Assembly (NCBI GenBank): GCA_000146045.2 | Contig: BK006938.2 | Coordinates: 736,001-800,000 of the forward strand | Direction of reading: 5' to 3' | Length of the DNA: 64,000 nucleotides | Source: TPA_inf: Saccharomyces | Lineage: Eukaryota | Part shown: positions 56,348 through 64,000 of the stretch, one piece after another | Layout: the number at the start of each line of letters is the position of its first letter | Position numbering within the stretch: position 1 is the first letter of the stretch | The notes under the pieces: generated by a model | What the model was told of the DNA's origin: nothing | What the model saw: only the letters and a program-made list of their open reading frames with translations | Database searches by the model: none | Position numbers and translations under genes: made by a program

Positions 56348-57889
56348 TTAAGATTTTAAGCTCATTAATAAAAACGCAGCACTATTGTCTTCCCCATTTC
56401 TTGGCTGCTGTTCATGTTTCTGTTGGTCGTGTTGTAGGGGAGGCTCAATATCTCCATTCTGAGAGTTAGTAAAACTTGGATTTGTAGGTTTAGGGCTAAC
56501 TACGCCATTAGTAGAACTTGCTACGCTGTCTATGTTAGGTGCTAAACTGTTATTTCTCAGAGAAGCTGCACCAATTGATTCCCAGTCTTCTTCGTCTGTA
56601 TCTGAGTGAGGTTGATGATGAGAATGGGGAACAAGTTGTGGCGACGATTCCCCATTCAGGTGTTGTGAAGCTACTCTATGTTTCTCCTTGTCCGATAATA
56701 CTATCGGATTTGAACTTACATTCATCTGTTCTTCTAGCTTAGGGGAGGTGGAAACCGACGTAGCTTTAGAGTTAGGGTTTGTAGTGACGATCAAATAGTT
56801 TTTGTTTGGGAAAAGTGTCGATCTAATACTTGATTCTTTCGATACAGACAGACGAGAAGCTCTTCTTGAAGTTGGCTCACTTGTCGCAGTAAGTTTCTCT
56901 AAATCTATCTTCGCCTGGTTTGAGTTACTGTTGTTATTTGATGGGGTTGTCGTTGAGGTTGTATTGGGGGAAAGGTAGGATGAATCTTGGTGTGTGTTTA
57001 GTTTGGAAATGAAAGGTGTATGTGGTTTTATGCTCGAACGGCGTCTATTTCTTAATAGCGGTCTAATCTTTTGTGCTATTATTTCATGCTCAATATTCTC
57101 GGGAGTTGAATCGGCGAACACAACTTGAGACCTTCTCCTGCCGAAACTATAGGGATCACCATTTGAAGATTTTCCAAAATTATTACTGCTGTTCCTCGAT
57201 TTGTTTTGGTAATGTAAATGATGGTCATCTTCATCAAACTCCTCATCCTCATCTTCCGATGCTAGCGCATTTTCATCTATATATACTACGTTTGCTGCTG
57301 CAAGTGGAGATTTGCTGCGTTTGATATTAACAGGAATGGTGGTGGAAGCAACAGCGGTAGGCGGGGTGGTGGCTCCATCGATATTCGTGATATTATGCTC
57401 AACTTTCATAGGCATTTCAACTTTGCCGCCTGAATTAGAATTTGAATTGTTGCTTTTCCTTCTTTGACTCTCTTGAGAAATCAAGTCTTTCACCTTTGCA
57501 TTTGCAAAATTGGTCGCTTCCAGCTCCTTATCAAAGTTGGCAGGGTCTACTCTTTTCGCGGACCATTGACCCCATCCAATTTTTTCAAATACCACTGATT
57601 TTTCTTTATCACCACTTTCCATAGCACTCATTATAAGTCGTCTTTGCTTGGAAGATGATAAATCTTTAAAACAGGGAATATCTAGGCATAAGGTCTGTGT
57701 AATGTGTCTAATGGCCAATGGTCCCATTTCTAGTAATAAAGTGGACAGTTTCCCGGGCGTAACTCTTTGAGCGGCTGCTAACCCAGCGGGTGATGATGTG
57801 GAGATAGGTTTGGAAAATATACTAGAGCTTGCCTCGGATTTGACCGATATGGCTTGAGGAGGCGATACCTCCTTTTGGTTTTCTGACAT
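56348..57889 (-). CDS. STB3: STB3, an RRPE-binding transcription regulator (513 aa).
   Basis: 513-aa ORF (MSENQKEVSPPQAISVKSEAS...) with a conserved N-terminal domain followed by low-complexity S/N-rich sequence. Confidence 0.8.
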   Translation of the reverse strand: MSENQKEVSPPQAISVKSEASSSIFSKPISTSSPAGLAAAQRVTPGKLSTLLLEMGPLAIRHITQTLCLDIPCFKDLSSSKQRRLIMSAMESGDKEKSVVFEKIGWGQWSAKRVDPANFDKELEATNFANAKVKDLISQESQRRKSNNSNSNSGGKVEMPMKVEHNITNIDGATTPPTAVASTTIPVNIKRSKSPLAAANVVYIDENALASEDEDEEFDEDDHHLHYQNKSRNSSNNFGKSSNGDPYSFGRRRSQVVFADSTPENIEHEIIAQKIRPLLRNRRRSSIKPHTPFISKLNTHQDSSYLSPNTTSTTTPSNNNSNSNQAKIDLEKLTATSEPTSRRASRLSVSKESSIRSTLFPNKNYLIVTTNPNSKATSVSTSPKLEEQMNVSSNPIVLSDKEKHRVASQHLNGESSPQLVPHSHHQPHSDTDEEDWESIGAASLRNNSLAPNIDSVASSTNGVVSPKPTNPSFTNSQNGDIEPPLQHDQQKHEQQPRNGEDNSAAFLLMSLKS

Positions 57890-60192
57890 TATTAGTGGTA
57901 GTCTGAAATAATGTCTTTTTATTCAAAATTTCAATTTATTAGAAAAGCACAAAGCAGGAGCTTGGCGTTTGTACACCGAATGATTCAGATGATACTATAC
58001 TCTTTTTCCTTCTTTTCAGCGGAAATTTAGTAACGGTCTTTAATCGTGTTTACAAGTGGTTACAAATTCACGTGCTCCGATTGGAAACTGGTTATTGACA
58101 CGACTCTTGAAAATCTCAGTTCGCCCTTTTTTGCGATAAATTTAACGTGCTTCTGATCAGGATTGCCAGGCACCGTTTGCAATCAGTGTCTTTTATAATC
58201 GATTTGTCTTGGATATGGATGGTATTACCGTACCTGTATCTTTATATTATAGCGTGGATTGCGTGAGATTGTGTGGAGATGAACATGAGAAGGATAAAGA
58301 CTATCTGAAATAGTTCACTCTTCGGTTACTAAGGTAAGGAAGGCGCCTCTACCCTCTCAGCGCGCACGTGCGGAGTGATCAGCCTACTACCGTAGGGACT
58401 TTTGCACGTTATTATGGGAATATCATTGCCAACGCAACCTGATTCCTATACAAGCAGCCAATTCATGCAAATGACTGTAGTATTGTATAGCATGCCAACA
58501 TTCTTCATCATACTATCCTGAGGTCCTATTTCTACAAAGATCCCACAAAAGGGTTCATAATTTTGGCCGTATTTCAGTTTCTGCCGTGCTTGTTTGAGAA
58601 TCTGGGGCATTCCAATTTGCTTGACGAAGATCTCAAGCCACTAGCACCAATAAGCAACATTCTCACTCGAGAAGTCGCAGAAAATCTCTGTGACTGCATT
58701 TGTTTTAGAGACATTCTCATCATTGGACGGGAATGTTCTGGCGCCACGATAAGAAATTTACGACCGGGAATGTTGCGTACTCTAGTTTTTGTCGATTTTG
58801 CTACTCACTCCTGCTGAATTTGCAGTAATGTTTTAAAGATGTGGCTTCGCAACCACCAACATGAACCCTATGGTCGTGTCTTTTGTTTGTTTCTTGTAAC
58901 AAATCATAGCGAGCAGTTTGAAAATTATTACAAAACCAAAATACGTCTCTAGTAGTGCTACCATAGAATTTATTGGGGCATACGTAAAACAAAGTTTGAA
59001 TCTTTCTTGTCATACTTCGCCATAAATTACAGACAGTCTCGTCCCCTATGCTTCAAAAGAAATAGGATGCGAGGGGTGGAGGCGCTTGATGGAAGAATAA
59101 TCCAAGTCCTCAACCTTTTAGGCTAAACAATCTTGGGACTCCCGTACAAATACTGGATATCTCAAATTGCTCAAAAATTGTGCTTTATTGATCCAAAAGT
59201 TGCCTGTCCAAAGATACATCTACATTGACATAATGGAAAACATGAAAACATACACCTACGAAGGGCATAATTGTGCAAGATATAAATGCAGCCTATGTTT
59301 CCTGCCAGATGGAGCGTATATTTCCGACCGAGTATTACTCAGTTGAACTCATTCAACGTTACACAAGTGAAGTTGATTATAGGATAATGTAGGGGTTTAT
59401 AATAGCGTAGTCAATCAGGCTTATGAGGAACAAAAATAGTAAAAGCAAGCAAGTATGGCCCTATTTATCTTAAGCGTCAAGCCTTTTATATCCAAGCAAG
59501 CACTTGCAAACTTTGTTGTTATCGCTGATGGCGCTCCTCCATAGCGAGTATTGATGCTTGGCATAAACAACAAGCCTGTAAGCCTTGCCTTCTCATTCGC
59601 CTTCATTACAAGTAAAAACGCCCTCATCTGCTATTTGTTTCCAATAAATCCGTGAAAACATCGGTATGTTCTAGTGTTTTGATGGAAGCGGTGCTACCTT
59701 ATTGTTTGCAATATGGATGACTCAGCTTAATGGTTTTGTGATGAACACAGTAAAAAAACGTTGACTCCTACGTGCAGCCGATCGTCCTCCACACTTAAAT
59801 TCGTTGAGATAAATCGTGTAGTAATACACTCAGTCATTCAGTATCCGTGCTTGTTTCTTTCTTTTCCTATTTGTTCGCAAGTGACTACGTGCGCCCTTAA
59901 TTGCTTACATATTTTAGGTTAAGATTACATCCTTTCTTATTTCGGCAAAAATGAAGTTAGTATAAAATGCCCATGAATGAGGACCAAAATGGCTAAACTT
60001 GATAAGTCTTTCTACATAGTTTACATATTTGTTATTGCTATATGATGTACCTTGTTTATGAATTAAACGAATCTAAAAAGGATCACCGCCACTAAATCAG
60101 GATTAATATGAGTAAAAGTATATCAACCTTCTCATTTTTTCTGTGTTCTACAACTAAGCATATTTTAATCTGCTGGACCATTCAACAAAGCC

Positions 60193-63100
60193 TTAATCAG
60201 TAGAAAGGTATAATTCACCAACTCTGCTTAGAAATTGTTTTATAGCATGTCTCAACTCCGTTGGAACGCTCTTATCTAATATTTGAATCACCAGAGCATA
60301 CATAGCAGGACAGTATAGTCTAAAGTCTTCATCATCAAATTCGTAGTAACCTTGTAATATTTCAACTATCACTGAACGCCAGGCATTGATACTACGTTCC
60401 ATGGTTCTATCATCCAAAGAAACATAACCCTCTACGACCTGGATGCAAATGGTGATCAGACGAGTTATTAAATCAGCCTTCTTCTCATCATCGTTCAGAT
60501 ACAACTGAAACATAATGTCAAGGAGAACTGCAGCAGCACTCGTTTCTTGTTTCAACAGGTTTGGTATTTTATCAACTACACGAGCCTCTACTAGTCTTGT
60601 TCTTAACCCATAATCTTCATTAAAGTCACGAGAAAATTCGTACGATTTCTCCAACAATCTTGTAATTCTAATGGCTTCCTTGTAAGGGATACAGTGGGCA
60701 AAATCTTCGTTCTCGAATAATTCGTTGAGCAGCTCTATCATCAAAAGCTGTAAAACACATTTGACAACAATAGAATTCTTGATGTTTATTCTCCTACGTA
60801 TATCTTCGTTACTTTCGTTTCGTTTCATGTGCTTAGTTTTCTTGGGGATACTTAGACTAGCGGGCTTTGGATTCAATTCGTCCTTTACCGTCGGAACGGA
60901 ATTGCCATTATTAAGCTTAGTTTGCCCATTGAGTGTTTCAACCATGTCACCACCAACGTCTTCGCTGGATTCTTCTTGATGCGCTCTTTCGACCGTCTCA
61001 CTGATATTAGAATCGTTCTCCCTTCTGTCGTTGCTATCATCATCTGAGTGTTGGCTGGTATCATTAGTTGTTTGGTGATGAGATACAGATGATTTTCTTC
61101 CTTGCTGTAACGGATCATAATCGAACAATTCATTAGCAGTGGTTAAATCAAACAATTTATCGAATACGTCACCTATTTGATTCCAATGGTACTCATTGAA
61201 TTTAGATACGTTTTGCAATATCAATTGTTGCAGGCAGGATCTCCCAATTCTAGCAATAGTGTCATTTTCTTGACAAATACAGGATACCAGCAGACCCAAA
61301 AATCCATCGAGCATTCTGTTCAACGATTCAAAGTAATGCGTAAAAAGGGCAATCAAGTTCCTTAAGGCTTGAATTAACGTGGTCGAAAGCCAAACACTTA
61401 AATCATCATGACTATTGAATTGGTTGACTTCCCAATGTTTGGATAATACACCGAAAATAGGAAATAGTAACTTCTTACAAATCTTTTCCCAGAAATCATC
61501 ATTGAATTTACCACCATATGCCACTAGGGCATCGAACATATAGTTTAATGCACGTGATCTAACTTCTAAGTCTTCAGCTGTCATGATCGTATCATTGAAG
61601 CAGAATAACATAGGGAACCACACATCCTGGAATATGTCTTTCCCACGAAGTAAAGCATCGTTATGTTTTCTTTCTTCTTCAGTCTTATTTTCATTGTAAA
61701 AACAGATGTCTGCGACGTTCTGAGTCATCTTTCTTAGAGACTCCAAAGCATGTAGAGATAGCTTTTGGAATCTCTTATTTTTGGTGATTTCTCTGAAGAC
61801 ACCAACTAACTCAGAAAAGGCATCTTCTTGAGAGAATACGTTTTCGAAGTGATTTGTCACAATATCATTGCTAACCAGCAATTGCGTCTTTAATACAATG
61901 GATTCAGTGCTTGAGCGAGCCGTATATTGTAAGGATTCAAGAATAGGCTTCCAGCCAGATTTGATACTTTCCGATTTTGTCAATATGAAGTTCCTAAAAC
62001 ACTCAATAATCATTTCTTGAACTTCAGTGTTGCCACTATTTTGAACCGTGTATTCAAAAGGTTTTAAAAAATCATGTTGAAATTCAAAACCTGATAATTC
62101 CTCAATATCTAAAAATCTCATAGACAATTGACGCAGGGAATCGATAGCGAAAAATACTACTGCTAAGTTAGAGTTTGTAGCAATCTTGTTGAAAGCTTTT
62201 CCCATAACAGCCCAAAGCGGCGTCCATTCTAGTTTGATACGATCCATATTGTAGTAACATACATCGACCATTTTTTGCAAGGAAAACATTCTTGGTGTGG
62301 AAGCATTTTCAGATGATTCAATTTCTTCTAAAGATACAGCGGTTAAAGCTTTGATAAAATCAACGATAGCATTACCTGATAACTCGGAACTTTTGGTAAA
62401 TATATTGTCCATCAAAACGACTAATTCACTGGAGGAAATGAATTTAGAGATTTCGGGTGATAAGGTTTGATTATGGTGTTTTTCTTGAGCCAATTCTGTG
62501 GGAGTTGCCTTCTTGCCCCAAACATCAAAGAAAGATGTATTATTGGATCTTGATGATTCGTAAGAAACTCTAGGGTTTGCAACACGAGCTTGTGCAACAT
62601 CTGGAACCGTATCTCTGTCGATACCTTTGGATATCAATTGTAGTCTTTCCATTTGAGACACGACCAGCAAAATGTCCTTCCACGATCCCTCCAAGTAATT
62701 TCCTTCTGATAACGCGACTTCAAGAAGAATTACCATTGCATTGACATTTTTAACTTTGATTTCTTCAAGGTTTTGAAGGTTACAAAATTGGACTAACGCA
62801 CCTACAAAGGAGGTTCTAGCATCATTGATTCTAAAAGTAGAAGCAATTTTAATTGATATTTTCAAGCCTTCTAAACACTTATTGGTTGTGTCAATGTCAT
62901 CATAATCCTTAAATGGGGGGGTTAGAGCTGCTAAAAAGGACATCCATAGTGTCTCGAAAATTGATTTAACATGCTCAACGTGGGAAGCAGCATAATAGAC
63001 GTCTGGGCCTCCTTTATTTTTGTTTAAATTCTTAAAGACTAATTCCGTTTTAGATGAAATTTCTTTTGAGACTTGATTATATGCCTCTCTTGTCAAATCA

Positions 63101-64000
63101 CGAGAATTAAAGAAGTTGAAAGCAGATTGCTGTTGTTGGACAAGATTGGTATCACCTGAAAGCATTGCCTGATGCTGTTCAGAAATTAACTTGATTTCAT
63201 TGTTAGCAATTTCGTTGAACAAACCTTCCAAGAAGTCTCTTGGTAAATCTCTTCCGTTGTCAATACCTTCGTTGTTTTCTAAAAACTCTTGTAAAGACAT
63301 TTTATTTTTGATTTGTGACGAATGTAAATCAGTATTCAACATGATCAAAGAATACGAAAGCACATATGCAGTATCCGCCTTTGAAAAGACTCCGGGGTTT
63401 TGGTCCACAAATCTTTCCGCAAATTTCAGCATGAATCTGTCAATTTTTTGACCTTCTCCAGGCAATCTGAAACTTTGTAAAAATGACCTTAATGCGTCAA
63501 CAATGGACATACCAGTGAAGTCAAACTCATCAACAAATGCGTGCATTATAGCGATGTTCTTGTCGTCTCCTTCGCCTAGATAATCCCCAACAGCGGCCAT
63601 GTCGAGGCCTTCTGTTTCTAATAACCACTTGGCAATGGAAATTGGAGAATCATCTTTCAAAAATCCTTTTTTAATAAGTACTGGAATAGCTTTCTTGGGT
63701 TTATTGTTGAAAATAGCAATACATTCCGATAAAGCAGTTTTCCTTAGTTTCAAATTTTCAAATTGTGTGGGGTCGTCTGCGTCAATGTTTTGACTGCTCA
63801 ATGATCTGCTTTCTTCGTCTTCATATGTTGGTTTGAAGTCATCATTACTTGTCATAATAGAAGACCTTACGTCGTTACTCAAAGATGATCTAGATTCTTG
63901 ACGAGCTGAAGATGTTGTGTTTAGTAATACCTTATTAGCAGTGTGTGTGTTTGGATTTAAAGCTTTGTGAGCCCATGAGCTTAAGGAACGCAAAACTGAC
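60193..64000 (-). CDS. SEC7: SEC7, the Arf-GEF of the late Golgi, C-terminal about 1269 codons. The gene continues past the 3' window edge.
   Basis: It contains a complete Sec7 GEF domain (...FNNKPKKAIPVLIKKGFL...ESIAKWLLETEGLD...GEGQKIDRFMLKFAERF...FSKADTAYVLSYSLIMLNTDLHSSQIKNKMS...). The reading frame is open to position 64000. The M at 63993 in the track is only an internal Met. Confidence 0.9.
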   Translation of the reverse strand, partial: SVLRSLSSWAHKALNPNTHTANKVLLNTTSSARQESRSSLSNDVRSSIMTSNDDFKPTYEDEESRSLSSQNIDADDPTQFENLKLRKTALSECIAIFNNKPKKAIPVLIKKGFLKDDSPISIAKWLLETEGLDMAAVGDYLGEGDDKNIAIMHAFVDEFDFTGMSIVDALRSFLQSFRLPGEGQKIDRFMLKFAERFVDQNPGVFSKADTAYVLSYSLIMLNTDLHSSQIKNKMSLQEFLENNEGIDNGRDLPRDFLEGLFNEIANNEIKLISEQHQAMLSGDTNLVQQQQSAFNFFNSRDLTREAYNQVSKEISSKTELVFKNLNKNKGGPDVYYAASHVEHVKSIFETLWMSFLAALTPPFKDYDDIDTTNKCLEGLKISIKIASTFRINDARTSFVGALVQFCNLQNLEEIKVKNVNAMVILLEVALSEGNYLEGSWKDILLVVSQMERLQLISKGIDRDTVPDVAQARVANPRVSYESSRSNNTSFFDVWGKKATPTELAQEKHHNQTLSPEISKFISSSELVVLMDNIFTKSSELSGNAIVDFIKALTAVSLEEIESSENASTPRMFSLQKMVDVCYYNMDRIKLEWTPLWAVMGKAFNKIATNSNLAVVFFAIDSLRQLSMRFLDIEELSGFEFQHDFLKPFEYTVQNSGNTEVQEMIIECFRNFILTKSESIKSGWKPILESLQYTARSSTESIVLKTQLLVSNDIVTNHFENVFSQEDAFSELVGVFREITKNKRFQKLSLHALESLRKMTQNVADICFYNENKTEEERKHNDALLRGKDIFQDVWFPMLFCFNDTIMTAEDLEVRSRALNYMFDALVAYGGKFNDDFWEKICKKLLFPIFGVLSKHWEVNQFNSHDDLSVWLSTTLIQALRNLIALFTHYFESLNRMLDGFLGLLVSCICQENDTIARIGRSCLQQLILQNVSKFNEYHWNQIGDVFDKLFDLTTANELFDYDPLQQGRKSSVSHHQTTNDTSQHSDDDSNDRRENDSNISETVERAHQEESSEDVGGDMVETLNGQTKLNNGNSVPTVKDELNPKPASLSIPKKTKHMKRNESNEDIRRRINIKNSIVVKCVLQLLMIELLNELFENEDFAHCIPYKEAIRITRLLEKSYEFSRDFNEDYGLRTRLVEARVVDKIPNLLKQETSAAAVLLDIMFQLYLNDDEKKADLITRLITICIQVVEGYVSLDDRTMERSINAWRSVIVEILQGYYEFDDEDFRLYCPAMYALVIQILDKSVPTELRHAIKQFLSRVGELYLSTD

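Noticed and set aside
58364-58369. A CACGTG E-box in a GC-rich palindrome, considered as a Cbf1/Pho4 site for STB3.
   Set aside because: The flanks (gcgCACGTGcgg) do not match the preferred Cbf1 (RTCACGTGA) or Pho4 (CACGTGGG) contexts well. It is kept only as a note within the intergenic finding.
59741-59746. A TGATGA C-box-like hexamer in the STB3-SEC7 intergenic, briefly considered as a C/D snoRNA.
   Set aside because: There is no CTGA D box within 60-150 nt downstream and no terminal stem complementarity. TGATGA alone is common by chance.
1-64000. Search for tRNA genes, Ty elements or solo LTRs, CRISPR-like arrays and introns.
   Set aside because: I found no A/B-box tRNA signatures (GTGGNNNAGTGG or GGTTCGANNCC) in any intergenic. 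I found no delta/sigma LTR termini (TGTTG...CAACA) and no spaced direct-repeat arrays. CRISPR is not expected in yeast. All recognised genes are colinear with their proteins, so no introns are needed.

Overview
By recall of the encoded proteins, this window looks like a contiguous, gene-dense segment of the Saccharomyces cerevisiae chromosome IV right arm, running from DOP1 to SEC7 (roughly YDR141C to YDR170C). I could not run any alignment. The anchors I recognise are NUM1 with its 64-aa tandem array, the SWI5 C2H2 fingers, the CTH1 CCCH tandem fingers, CPR1 cyclophilin, HOM2, KGD2, TAF12, SEC7, and others. I call 28 protein-coding genes, two of which run off the window edges (DOP1 at the 5' edge, SEC7 at the 3' edge). 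I see no introns, tRNAs, rRNAs, Ty/LTR elements or CRISPR-like arrays. The supplied ORF track uses non-ATG starts: TTG at the SAN1, MKC7, SSY1 and CDC37 track starts, and GTG at the PEX7 track start. Several track ORFs are therefore artificially N-extended, and I give the first in-frame ATG that matches the proteins I recognise. I do not see a novel or undescribed system here. This appears to be ordinary, well-characterised yeast core genome. The items worth a second look are as follows. (1) The NUM1 repeat architecture: a recently homogenised array of 12 units of 192 or 213 bp, embedded in a much longer degenerate array of about 32-aa half-units. (2) Polymorphism-prone microsatellites: the TAF12 poly-Q tracts and a roughly 120-bp ATT-rich trinucleotide run with a 71-bp pure (ATT)n core directly after the SSY1 stop codon. 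(3) Promoter motifs readable from sequence: a Gcn4 TGACTCA site upstream of HOM2, a Mcm1/Fkh composite upstream of SWI5, an Ino2/4 UAS-INO-like site upstream of EKI1, CCAAT boxes in the KGD2/NUM1 divergent promoter, and a GC-rich island with two Reb1 sites between CPR1 and RPA14. (4) A perfect ARS consensus match in the EKI1/KGD2 convergent intergenic. (5) An unusually long 2.3-kb gene-free interval between STB3 and SEC7.
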